From Macrostomum lignano (taxonomy: Eukaryota): a stretch of DNA of 64,000 bases. Position 1 is the first letter of the stretch. The number at the start of each line of letters is the position of its first letter. Under the pieces are notes generated by a model. That model worked only from the letters and a program-made list of their open reading frames with translations. It made no database searches and was not told the origin of the DNA. A program made the translations under genes and the position numbers. Location of the stretch: contig NIVC01001818.1 in NCBI GenBank assembly GCA_002269645.1, forward strand, positions 6,459 through 70,458. Reading direction: 5' to 3'. Below are positions 18,198 through 30,665 of the stretch, piece after piece.

Positions 18198-19071
18198 GTG
18201 GCTAAAATATTTGATCCTTTCCCATAGTTGTCCCCTGAATCCCAAAATGCCTTTTTAGATCCTTGCAGCGAGTTGAAATCCAGAAATTCAGACGAAGCCG
18301 GGAGTTAATGGGTCTGCGTACGTACTTGCATTTCCCTATACGCAAACAAGAGAAAAATACGGATTGTGCTATTGAATGAAGTCTAGGCATGGGGGAGAGG
18401 GTGCTTGCACACTCCACTCCGTTGTCAATGGCAGTAGGTATCTGATTGGATTGCCCGTCTCTATCTAATTAGAGGCTTCTCCATACTAACTCAATACCAT
18501 TCTCTTCGGTTCTCTTTCTCCCTCTCTCTCATAAAGTGACCATCCAGTCTGTACAGCGAGCAGACAGCAGAGAGGCCGAAAACCTATCCTAACTGCGTCT
18601 CATGCCCTTTGTGCTTTTCAATTCTTTGCCGTTACAGGCTGGAAAAAATTACGACGGGGGCACAATAAGACAGTTTCTGGCGGCTCAACCTCTTTAGCTC
18701 GTAAACAGGCTAACCCTTCCCTGGCTTTGAGCTTCATCATTTTTAACCAGGCTTCGTACGCTTTTAAGGCGAGCAAAACACAGAAGAATATAGAGCGAGC
18801 CAGCTGTGAAAAAATAATAAGCGCGCTGCCCTGCTATGGCGAACACAGCATAGTGACTGCTATAGTGAGACTGTGCGCTTCCAAAGAAGCAGACAGTGGA
18901 GTGGCGTCAGCAACCAAGAGACCAAACATTCACTGTCACCCTCTGCCAGTCTCTTTTTCTGTCTGGCCCGTGGCTTCGACTGCGTCTTTATTTTTCTGCT
19001 GCTCCGCCCCGCTATTTAGACGCCTTCTTGAACCCTAGAAGCCTACAGACATTGATAAACAAGCAGCTACA

Positions 19072-20902
19072 ATGTACATGACTAAGCGTCAAGACGAAGA
19101 CCAATTGACTGTGCGATTAACGCTGCATAAAGAGATGCTGCAGCCGAAAGTCAAGCGACCACTGGGACCTGGGCCGGCGACCGCCTCCGGAGCAACTGCA
19201 CCTGCCTCGGCGTCGCAAGGTCAGCCACAGGAACGGGAGCCGACCATCTCTATAGTGCCAGTGTTCTATTCTAATATTATGCCACCGGGTTCGCGTCAGT
19301 TAAACAAAGAGTCAAGCGTTAATAGCACCAAGATGCTGCTGAGACGGCATGCGCACGTTCCTAAGCGAAATCTGAACGCTCACGAGTTTTTCAAAGCCAT
19401 TTATCAGGTCTGTTCAACTGTGGAAAGTACCTTTGTGATATGAGTACGAAGCATACACTTTTTGAAGAACTTAGAGTAGTCCATTTTTAGCCTGTTGCTA
19501 GGCGTTGCATATTTCGTATCAACGATGGCTAGATTACTAAAGTTATACAAGAACATGCTACATGTACATCTATATATTTTGAAAATTCATAAAAATTACC
19601 AAGGTTTTATAATTGAGTTTTTGTTATTAGATAGCCTCGCCTAGGATAATTAAGGCACATAATATTCTGTAGGTTCAGTATTATTATTATGTAATTTACC
19701 CTCGTACCAGAGATTCAATGGTGAATGGTGATTTAATGATTCAATGTACGTGTAATAGCTTGTTTATGACAATACTTGTATGTAAATTTCAGTGCTTTAA
19801 ATGCGACGCAAACGTTAATGACAAAACACCGTTACTAAGTAACCAAGCGTGTCCTAAATTCTAGGGCCAACTGTCGGACATTCTGTACTTCCTACGTGTA
19901 GTCAGCATTCGCAGCGTGGACCCGGCCGATGGTAAGACGCCTCTGATGGCCGCATTGCACATAGGCGCCGAAAAAAGACGCCAGGAAGTGTTCAACTACC
20001 TGGCTCATCATGGAGCTGTCTATGACGGAGTTGACGACCAGTACAGACGGGATCTAGTTGGCTGGGCAACAGCGCTGGGTCGGCACGAGGAGTTGCGCGA
20101 TATTTTGCGGGACACAACGGAAGAGGTGAGTTGTCGCTTTGCATGCAAAATATTCATATCAGTAGAAGTTTTTCAGTGGTATTAGCAAAATCCACTAGTA
20201 GCTTAAGACATCCTCATCGAAATTAATTCCTTTTATTGCATATCTTTTCAGGTCAACCTTCAGTACCGCGACGCCCTCGGTCTCACTTATATGCACCTCG
20301 CGGTGATGTCCGGCAGCTTACCCACCGTAGAGATCATCATCGACGAGTTTCGTCGGCTAGACGTCAGCGTAGACATGCCTGACGCAGAGGGCATCACGCC
20401 TTACCTGTTATCGAGGAAGCTGGGCTACACCCGTATCTCGCAGTGCCTTCAACAGCGAGGCCGCGCTAGCGCACACAAAAGCGACCCAGTAAGTTTACGC
20501 AGTCCTCGTGAATGGTCGGTCATCGGCCGGCAAGAACGGCTGATGGCGAAGCAGCAGCTGTTGCGGTACACAAATCGAGCGGTGCTGCCGCTGACCGAGG
20601 AAGAGTCACCAATCGAAGCTCTCCCGGTGCCGCCCGTGACCGAACGCGGCGAGACCTACGCTGAGATTCGAATGCATCTGCTGGCGCCGCCAACTAGCAA
20701 GACCTCGCAGCAGCTGGTACACGACGTTTTCGATTTGTGGAGCGAGCAGCACAGGCCCAGCTACCGACGTGGAGCCGCTCGGGCGCGTTGGCTCGATCAG
20801 GATGTCGGAAAGAACGACGCCGGTGGCCGGGGCGGTGGCGCCGGCGGAAGGTTCGGCAAGAAAAACGCGACGGGCAAGCGGAGTCGGTTGGCAAATAAAT
20901 GA
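19072..20902 (+). CDS. Ankyrin-repeat protein, ~415 aa. Exons 19072-19407, 19865-20125, 20252-20902
   Basis: Two phase-0 GT..AG introns. Ankyrin motifs DGKTPLMAAL, DALGLTYMHLAVMSG, DAEGITPYLLS. Confidence 0.8.
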
Positions 20903-21341
20903 CTTTATGTAGCAAACAAAGTTTTTCTTTTTGTCTTCTGTGACCTTGGTCAAGAGATGATTCGTTAAATGTAGATTTATTAATTGTTGCTAATGTATTA
21001 CGTTGTTAATGTTTATTTTTATCGGCGAATCAATCGATAAGCGAGAACCCAATAGAGCCTATATAAACCCTATATGTAGTCAGATGCTTCTGATTTTATA
21101 AGCACTGCGTCTGTATATAAGACTGGCTTTAACTTGATTGAGATGTACAGAGTTAAGAGAACCGATATTGTTCTAATATTCGTATAGTTTAAAATGAACG
21201 TGAATTAGGGTTAATTTTTTCTATTAGTTTTCTATCAAGTTCTTCTTCGAATAAAAGAGTTCAGAGATTGACTAACACAATTGTCACTACTTGAAATTTA
21301 CTGATAGTAGTGTGAATTCTGATACTCTGTGACTTTATCAA

Positions 21342-21425
21342 CTTGGCGAAAAAAGAACCTCAAAAGTCCCAAAAAAGAAGAGCTTGGCGAAAAAAGAACC
21401 TCAAAAGTCCCAAAAAAGAAGAGCT
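21342..21425. repeat. Tandem duplication, 41-bp unit x2
   Basis: CTTGGCGAAAAAAGAACCTCAAAAGTCCCAAAAAAGAAGAG repeated twice. Confidence 0.85.
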
Positions 21426-22171
21426 TTGACAGAACTGTTGAATAGTTCAGCTCAGCGGCTCTCGGAGTGCCAGCAGAATGCATGCAGGAGGCGGCTGCAT
21501 CACTCGAGCTGGCAAGTGAACAAGTAATTCGCGCTGGGTTTCTTCCACCTAATACTCGACCCCATTTTCTCCAGCAGCACTCCAGCTTTCAGCCTCATAA
21601 ATCAATCTCCAGTCTGAGTGCGGACCTGGATGTCCAGCTTAATACTCACACCCCCATGCATTATATAAAAGAATTGAAGAGCAGTAAAAGAGCTTTGGCT
21701 GAGAAGCGAAGCAAATCGAGCTTGCTACCCAATTTTCTAAGTCTATTTCTGACCAACTTAATTGCTTGGAGACTAATTTGATAGAAGCTCTACTTGAGGA
21801 ATATCGTATTAGCGCTATGGGATACGGATAGATGCTATGAAACCTTCTCAAGTACTCGATAGCATTATAAATTTACTAATGTGAATACTTCATTGCCTTT
21901 ACTTAGCTATAACTACGAGCTATAACCCTTGCTATGCGGATATACTTCAATATATTTATTAATAAACTTCACTCCAATTGTAGATAAGTGGAAGAAAATA
22001 AGATTTCCAACAAAAGCAATTAAGAAACGTACGCATTTTAATTAATAAATATCGAGACTGTGATTCAAGTTGCAAAATTTGAATCGCAACACGAGGTAGA
22101 ATCCAGTACTCGGAATTAGATACTTTTCAGAAGCTAATCACTCAGAAAAGCAGAATCACTTTCTAGTAAAC

Positions 22172-22340
22172 GTCAGTCAGTCAGTCAGTCAGTCAGTCAG
22201 TCACTCAAGTCAGTCAGTCAGTCAGTCAATCAGTCAGTCAGTCAGTCAGTCAGTCAGTCAGTCAGTCAGTCAGTCAGTCAGTCAGTCAGTCAGTCAGTCA
22301 GTCAGTCAGTCAGTCAGTCAGTCAGTCAGTCAGTCAGTCA
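22172..22340. repeat. (CAGT)n microsatellite
   Basis: Directly visible. Abuts and includes the stop codon of the Cys-loop gene. Confidence 0.95.
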
Positions 22341-25300
22341 GACAGTCTTAGGCAGCTGTGGCAGCGGTGGGAGGGTGCAGTCCAGCCTTTCGGCTGGGTC
22401 ATAATGGTCCAGTGACTCCGGATGTGACCTGGGAATGAGTAGCAGTACAGCGATTAGGATAGCCAGAGTGTAGAGCGTGAAGAAGGCCCTGTCCAGCACC
22501 ATAGCCATAGCTCGCCACTCCATCGCTATGAGGTTACGCTTCTCCTTGTCGCGCAGCCTGCCAAGGTATAATCGCAGGTGCCGCTTGACCTCGTGCACCT
22601 CGCGTTCCAACGGGCCGCTGGGTCGCGACAAAATCGGCGAATGGTCCGGGGTTGCTTTCAGACCGGACATAGCCTCCTCCACAGTGGCCGGAGGTCGCTG
22701 ATCGCAGCCGATTGTGAAGTCGGCCTCCGACTCCGCAACACTGTTGTCGAATTTGTTGTGCCGAAGCGGTGGCACTCGACGAAGACCGGCCACCGAAGCC
22801 AGCAACAGCGACTGCGGCGGCTGCGTTGGCGTCTTGTCCAGCTCTTCGCAACGCACTGGCGGCAGAGGAACCGACTGTCGCACGAGGAACAACCGGCCGA
22901 GGCCCTCGACTACTAATCTGCGTAAAATTGGATTTAAGCGTCCCTGACTTTCGGCTCGAAAGTAGAGATTAAGTACGATAGTTGCCAGGAAGGTGCTTAG
23001 CGTTATGAGAATCATGTTGAGGCAGTAGAAATAGCCGATGAGTGGAAAGGTGCGAACCGCGCTGGGAGTTGTCTCCGCTAACAGCAGGAGAAGAATGAAA
23101 AATGCCACGAAGATGTTCATGCCAAGCTGGGTCTTCGCTGGCGACTCGGGTGGCAGCCAGAAGATCACCCAGGTGAGACATGACAGCAGAATGCAGGGCA
23201 GGACCAAGATTGACAGGTAGAAAGCCGGATTTCGGTGCATGCGGATCTTGTACTCCAGTTTCTTGTAGGTCCGATTGTACAGCCGTCCGCTTGGGTCCTG
23301 ATAGGTGACGTTAGTGCAGCGGATCTGTGACCGAATTTGTCGATTGCGTAGCGACGGTCGAACTCGATACTCGTCTTGGCCGTCCGAGTACCACTCGTTG
23401 CTCTTGATGTAGTTGGTAAAGTCTACGTACGGATTGGGCTCATAGCTGAACGGCTCGTACTGCAGAGTGTCAGTGTGGTTGGTGAAAGTTATTTTACTCC
23501 TTGACCTAGCAGTAGTACGTGAATCTACGCAAATGAGTGAAAACCGGTTGTCGCGTGACCAGACAACATTTGCCTAAACATTCCCGTAGTGGCGTAGTAG
23601 TTTAGAGAGCACCCATGACCTCTATCGAAACAGTGCTCGAGAGAGCTGGCAAAATTATTACAACCCGCAAGTACTTGAGAGCGTCTGCATTAAGCAGGAT
23701 CAATCGACTTTGGCCCCGCTATGCAGTCGGGCAACAATAGAAGAGACGTTAAGAGAGAAAGAATAGAAATTATGTACGTAAAAAAGTCCCTATTATCACT
23801 TCAGTCACGCACATGCAACCAAAACGTGATTAATTGATTAATAATTTACTGCAACAAGAGAAATGCGAGAGTCCCCGCGGAAGCTCATGGCTCATTCATA
23901 CGAGGTTTAGCTGGCACAGGCGTCGAGATTATTAGTGAGCCACCCGGAATTGAGATCTGAAAACGTGTTTTTTACTTGACTTCATTTTTTCTAGCTTTCG
24001 TTTATGGAATCGGCGAATGCTGGGAAGGGGGCTGCCGCTGTCCTCTCTTCTTTTCGTCTCTGCAACTCATCTCATATTAAATTGTTGCACGCGGAACCAT
24101 GGCTATAAAACTCCCACGGGTCCAAGAGAAATTGAATTTCTGAAGTCCTCGGCTACAACATTTTTGTCCCATTTTCAGGGCAACATTCGTGTTGATTCGA
24201 GAAAGCCAGTGTATTTTCGAAATACCGTTTTACTCGTATTATAGCTACGCAGTTTTCCAGCAACCCATCGCTGATTTGTACTTTTGCAGAACTTTTGCAG
24301 AATCTCGTATCTTTGACTGGTATATGCACCTGCGTGTCTATGGGTGATACACCCCTGTGTGTCTATGGGTGGTACACCCCTGTGTGTCTATGGGTAGAAA
24401 TGTAACCCTGCGTGTCTATGGGTGGTAATGTACTCATGTGTGTCCATGGGTGATGTACACCCCTGTGTGCATTTACCCCCATTGTGCACTTGCCTGTGAA
24501 ATTTACCCCCTGAGTGTCCATGAGCGATGTCTCCCTGTGTGTCTATGGGTGATGTATCCCTGTGTCTATGGGTAGTAATGTATCCCTGTGTGCCTATGGG
24601 TGATGTAGCCCCCGTGTGTCTATGGGTGATGTACCCCTGTGTTTCCATGGGTACTAATTTATCCCTGTGTGTCTATGGGTGATGTATCCATGTGTGTCTA
24701 TGGGTGATGTATCCATGTGTGTCTATGGGTGATGTATCCCTGTGTGTCTATGGGTGATGTATCCCTGTGTGTTTATGGGTAGTAATGCACGCGCAGAGTT
24801 TTTTTCACAAGCAAAGAATTTTCACCATTTATTTTGGTAATCGCAACTTCAGCGGGGTCATAAAGAAGCCTCACTACTGCACTGCAAGTGTAGAAAGCTT
24901 GTTCTCTGTCAAGGCCTAATCTTAAGCTTTTAGAGCTTCTAAGATGAAAGCAGTGCATAGCCGACCAAGTTGTGTCCATGTCAGCCAAACACGAGTTTTT
25001 TTCTCTTGCATGACCTATGAATGACGGTTTCATTAGAACTGCCTTGTTTGGTTCAGAAAATTACATAATATTCTCGTAGACATCCTGACTTGAATTACTA
25101 AATTTTGTGAGCTTCTGCAGAGGTATTGCTGTTAGAATTAATAATACTGATTTGACTAATGGTAAATCTTACTTTTCTAGTATAAGCTATCTCTATATTT
25201 AATTCAGGATCAATTTGTATCTTCCTTTACTATTTTTCATCATCATTAGAATTGCCTGATTTACTCGCATCATCTCATTTCAATTATTGGAAAACTTAAT

Positions 25301-28251
25301 TCTGCGGTTCCCGATTGGTGTTCCTTCATGAACAGGAAATTGTTTCAGAACCTGCCATCCGCATTAAGCTGCTTTCAATTTCTGAAGCCCGTCAATTGAA
25401 ACGGAAATTACTGTGCGTGATTCAAATTAACGTGACAGCGAAGCGACTTTGTAGCAACGGAGTGTAATGTAATTTTATTCGAAGGCATTAGTTTATTTAT
25501 TGCGTTGCTTCTATTTTACACATATTTTCAAAGAATGAGCAGTCATGAGTCATGAGACTCATACGCTAGTGTCTAAGCACCAGTATCTGTGTGATAATAT
25601 TCATTCACCAGTGTCTATGGGTGCCAATGCACCAGTGTGTATTGGTGAAAATGCACCAGTGTGTATTGGTGATAGTGCACCAGTGTCTATGGGTGATAAT
25701 GCACCAGTGTCTATGGGCGATAATGCACCAGTGTCTATGGGTGATAATGCACCAGTGTCTATGGGCGATAATGCACCAGTGTCTATGGGTGATAATGCAC
25801 CAGTGTCTATGGGCGATAATGCACCAGTGTCTATGGGTGATAATGCACCAGTGTCTTTGGGACGATAATGCACCAGTGTCTATGGGCGTTAATGCACCAG
25901 TGTCTATGGTGCCAAACTTCAATGCACCAGTGTCTATGGGCGATACTGCACCAGTGTCTATGGGCGATACTGCACCAGTGTCTATGGGCGATACTGCACC
26001 AGTGTCTATGGGCGATACTGCACCAGTGTCTATGGGTGATAATGCACCAGAGTCTATGGGTGCCAATGCACCAGTGTCTATGGGCGATACTGCACCAGTG
26101 TCTATGGGCGATACTGCACCAGTGTCTATGGGTGATAATGCACCAGAGTCTATGGGTGCCAATGCACCAGTGTCTATGGGCGATAATGCACCAGTGTCTA
26201 TGGGCGTTAATGCACCAGTGTCTATGGTGCCAAACTTCAATGCACCAGTGTCTGCATGTGCTAATCCAGCAGGAATGGGGAGAGCTCTAAAGCTGCTCCT
26301 AGCTAGAAGGAGATGAAGTTAGTTCTCTCTCTGGAGCAGAGCAATCATGAGAGTTCCCCAGACAGGTCTGTAATTTTCTTGTCAATGTTTCTCCTATGAC
26401 TGATTTCCCCTGATGCTCCTTTCCTCTCCAAGGGAACTATCGACAGTTTAAAATTACACGTTTGTCGTATGTAAAACAGTAAAAGTTTTTTGTAGCTTTT
26501 TCTGTGTTTTTCTGTGTTTCAACACTGCGACAACGGAGTCTAAAGATAATTGGTTCAGTCTGGCATTTTAGCGCAGGCTTGCAAGAAATTAGATGTTTGC
26601 AAGCGTTTTTCTCTCTCTCTCTCTCTTTCTGGCTGTAGCGTGTGGGATTCCGCGCACTTGGCTCATGGCGTGTGTGTGGGTGTGGGTGTGCGTTAGCATG
26701 CGAGAATTTCTGTGTGTGTGTGACTGGCCTAACAATTAGATGCTAAAATTTGGTCCGGGAGCCGGGTCAGGACAGGGGCGGATAGCGCGGATAAAATTAG
26801 TCAGTTTTAATCAATCTTTGTCAGCACTGTTAGAACTTTAATTATCGTGTGTGCAACTACTGGCCTGACTGTCTGACTGTCTGACTGCCTGGGTGCTATT
26901 TCAGAGGAGTCAATTTTTATTTAGCTAACATGATTTTGTGTTCATTTATTATAGATTTTGATTTCCTGTAATCGTGTCATGATTATGACAGCCTGCAATT
27001 AATTTGGTATTCGTGTTACCCATGTAGAATGACGAATGAACATATGAGATTATCTCTAGGGTGAACTTCCTGGGGAAAATTGAAGCTGGTTTACAACGTC
27101 ATCAAATGAAGCCATCAGTTTGATGCATAACACAGCAAAGACTTGAAATGTAAAGAAATGGTTCAATAAATAATCTTTCAGAGATGTCGTGAGACATGCA
27201 GAGAAGATCAGTGAGATGGAAACAGCGAAGCACAGAAGGAAAGAGATAGATGAGAGATGGAGACAAAGGAGGGATTGTGAGATAGAGAAGGGGAGAGTGA
27301 GATAGAAAAGGGCAGAGTGAGATGGAGAAAGGGAGAGGGAGATAGAAGATGAATGAAAGAGTGGGCAGGAGAGCAGGAGAGTGGGCAGGAGAGCAGGAGA
27401 GTGAGCAGGAGAGCAGGAGAGTGGGCAGGAGAGCAGGAGAGTGGGCAGGAGAGCAGGAGAGTGAGCAGGAGAGCAGGAGAGTGGGCAGGAGAGCAGGAGA
27501 GTGGGCAGGAGAGCAGGAGAGTGAGCAGGAGAGCAGGAGAGTGGGCAGGAGAGCAGGAGAGTGGGCAGGAGAGCAGGAGAGTGGGCAGGAGAGCAGGAGA
27601 GTGGGCAGGAGAGAGTGAGAAGTATACTCAGAGGTAAAAAGTTAATGGAGCGATGGTCATTATTCAGAATTCGGAATAATCTCACCTCAAAACCGAACCA
27701 GGTGAGATTCAGCTGCGTTATATCATAAGTCCACGAGCCGAACTCCAGATAGCAGATCTGTGTGTCAAATGGAAAGTACTGAATCTCCACTGGACAGGTG
27801 CTTTTAAACAGACTCTGCGGAATCCACAGCACGGTGCCGTCTGAGTACACCACTACTCGGGCCATCCGCTTCTCGAGCAGTCTCTCGTCTGCGAAGTTGT
27901 GCAATCTAATATCCGGAGTCCACACCTCGTATGGGAACAGTCTCACCTGGGTGATGTTCTCGAACTCGCCATTAGCTAACCAAGATTCCCAATTGAGCAG
28001 AGGATCCTTCCAAGTGTACCTCAGCCAGCAGTTCGTCCGGAGCATCTGTCGATTCTCGTCTAAATCGAGAATCTGAATGATGGCCAAACCGAACTCAATG
28101 GTGATTTGATCTGAGCTGTTGAGCACTGGTCTTCCAAGCAGGCCGAAGTCCTGATAGCGGTGCACCAGTCGCTGGATCAGAGTCTTCTCCCGGGACTTGT
28201 TGGCTGCAGCTCGGAAGCTGCTTATCTTGTCATGGTGGAAATGATTGTCGC

Positions 28252-28295
<44 letters not shown>

Positions 28296-28366
28296 GAATT
28301 GATGACTAGAATTCCGAGTAGGAGAAGTGTCTGACAAACAGCTAAGGACAGGATTCTGCTGATCAT
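22338..28366 (-). CDS. Cys-loop ligand-gated ion channel, nAChR-family non-alpha subunit, predicted anion-selective (ACh-gated chloride channel type), ~600 aa. Exons 28366-27686, 23459-22338
   Basis: Signal peptide; GRPV, ILDLDE, W(K)D..L.W, VWTPDI.L.N, Cys-loop CPVEIQYFPFDTQIC, FGSWTYD. Phase-0 intron GT(27685)..AG(23460). TM1-3 (PAFYLSILVLPC..., LPPESPAK, PLIGYFY), TM4 after EWRAMAMVLDR. Loop C lacks vicinal cysteines. Confidence 0.93.
24330..24790. repeat. Minisatellite, ~25-bp unit CCCTGTGTGTCTATGGGTGATGTAT
   Basis: Directly visible tandem array in the Cys-loop gene intron. Confidence 0.9.
25609..26250. repeat. Minisatellite, 24-bp unit GCACCAGTGTCTATGGGYGATAAT
   Basis: Directly visible tandem array. 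Produces spurious ORFs in several frames. Confidence 0.95.
27353..27616. repeat. Purine-rich minisatellite, 20-bp unit G(G/A)GCAGGAGAGCAGGAGAGT with 60-bp higher-order period
   Basis: Directly visible just inside the 5' end of the Cys-loop intron. Confidence 0.9.
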
Positions 28367-28696
28367 GTTTACACCCTCTGGGCTTTATTGACCAATTCAG
28401 AAACAATTAGCTCTAGGGGTCCTAGAGGCAGTGGTGCATCACTATTTTATGCTGTGCTATTCTGTGCAGTTCTGTTCAAGTTTCAAGGGTATTGAAAGAT
28501 GTGTTGAGAGCTCTTTGATTTCTCATACAAGCCGCATTCAGGCGCTGCTTTTTATCGGAGACCCGTTGTGGCCCGCAGCCAATCAGGTAGCTATGGCATT
28601 TGCACCGTATCAGGCTGCCATACTGCTTCCACTTTGCCTGCTTTCAACTTTTAAATGCTAATTTGGGGGTTCAGTGCAGGTTTTCTTCTTTCATTC

Positions 28697-29530
28697 ATGA
28701 GTTTATAAGTTTATGAATGAGTTCATGAGTGAGTTCATGAGTGAGTTCATGAGTGAGTTCATGAGTGAGTTGATGAGTGAGTTCATGATTGAGTTCATGA
28801 GTGAGTTCATGAGTGAGTTCATAAGTGTGTTCATGAATGAGTTGATGAGTGAGCTCATGAGTGAGTTTATGAGTCCATGAGTGACTTTATGGGTTAGTTT
28901 ATGAGTTAATGAGTGAGTTAGTGAGTTCATAAGTGAGTTCATGAGTGAGTTAGTGAGTTCATGAGTGAGTTCATGAGTGAGTTAGTGAGTTCATGAGTGA
29001 GTTCACGATTTCATAAGTGAGTTCATGAGTGAGTTTATGAGTTCATGAGTTCATGAGTGAGTTCATAAGTGAGTTCATTAGTTCATGAGTTCATAAGTGA
29101 GTTCATGATTTCATAAGTGAGTTTGTGATTTCATAAGTGAGTTCATGATTTCATAAGTGAGTTCATGGTTTCATTAGTGAGTTTATGATTTCATAAGTGA
29201 GTTTATGAGTGAGTTGATAAGTGAGTTCATGAGTTCATGCGTGAGTTCATGATTTCATGAGTGAGTTCATGAGTTCATGAGTGAGTTCATGAGTTCATGA
29301 GTGAGTTCATGAGTGAGTTCACGAGTTCATGAGTGAGTTCATGAGTTCATGAGTGAGTTCATGAGTGAGTTCATGAGTTCATGAGTGAGTTCATGGGTTC
29401 ATGAATGAGTTCATGAGGTCATGAGTGAGTTCATAAGTTCATGAGTGAGTCATGAGTTCATAAGTGAGTTCACGAGTGAGTTCATAAGTGAGTTCATGAG
29501 TTCATATGTGAGCTCACGAGTGAGCTGAAG
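28697..29530. repeat. Satellite of 12-bp ATGAGTGAGTTC / 8-bp ATGAGTTC units
   Basis: Directly visible, starting ~330 bp upstream of the Cys-loop gene start codon. Confidence 0.95.
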
Positions 29531-30665
29531 AGTGAGTTCCTTTGTGAATGAAGGGCAGTCAGAGCTAAGAGAAAAATGTATAAACATTTTTTCAATTCGA
29601 ATTCCATCAATTGCAACAAATTGTAACAATTTTCAAAGCCCGTGAAAACATATCCATTATCTGTATAGATTGTAACTATGCACATTGCATAGTTGAGCTA
29701 AGTGGCAGCCGCTAACTGGGCTAGCACGAGGTACTTTCAGTCAAATTAAATAGCAAATTCAGTTTTAATAGGCGAAATTTAATATAAAATTTCCATTAGC
29801 AACTTGAGCGAATCTCAGATTTATTTTGCGAATGATGGCAAGCAACATGATGACAGTTTAAGCCAACTGCAAGAGCTCTACAGAACTGAATGAAACGTAA
29901 CTTGTCGCTTACTTGTCGAACTCACAATTGGGATAAATCAATTTTATCCGGATGTGTCCCTGTTTCTTTCAAAAATGACTTTGTTGAATCTTTAAGTCCA
30001 GTTTTGTTTAAACAGATTGCATACTTTGTGTTTCTATATATTGGTTTATTTGTCAGGCAGAAATGGGTTTATAGAACGACTGCATGGATACTGTTCACAC
30101 TACTAACTAGAAGCTACTTATAGTAGCGATTAGAGGAGTGGAGAGATTAAGAAAAACATTAGCTAAAAAAATTTGAACAGATTTGAACTGGGATCGCGAA
30201 CATTTGATTGCAACTGCAACTGCTCGGGGCGAGTGGCAGCTGAACTTACAAAGAGAAAATGCAAAATGCTCGCCCTTGAAATTAAACAATGTTTGGAGGT
30301 TTGGCTCAGCCAGCAAAACAAAAATTTATTGGAATGCTGTGAGTTTTATTGCAAATTTGAGTCGCCACACGGATAGAGGAGCTGCAGCAGTGTGGAATGT
30401 TTCATTAGAAAATTAATCGCTACAAACAGAGGTCATTTACTTAGCTAAGTGTATTAAAGCAGATACAAAAGACAAAGTAAAGTCTGTACAGGTTTGCATT
30501 GAGTGAACGATTACTAGAGTTTATAGCAGCAGATATTCGACAATAAAAAGTGTCTATGAGATCTCGAAAATGAGTACGAGTGTACTTGAATTGGAATATG
30601 CTTCTGACGACGCAATGGCTGTTTTTACCAACTAAATATAGAAAGAAATATATACCTCCCAATAT

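Noticed and set aside
21467-21781. 104-aa ORF after the ankyrin gene
   Set aside because: Non-ATG start, no recognisable motif and no convincing splice sites.
24869-24919. Peptide PHYCTASVESLFSV resembling the hAT dimerisation motif
   Set aside because: Too short, followed by stops, and no further transposase similarity is recognisable.
25545-26316. ORFs with APVSMGDN / MHQCLW / SPIDTGAL repeats
   Set aside because: Translation of the 24-bp minisatellite in the channel intron.
27056-27685. C-terminal half of the 436-aa ORF (LLPTLLLSCPLSCSPAHSPA repeats)
   Set aside because: Read-through into the intron after the GAG|GTGAGA donor at 27685. The true frame resumes at 23459.
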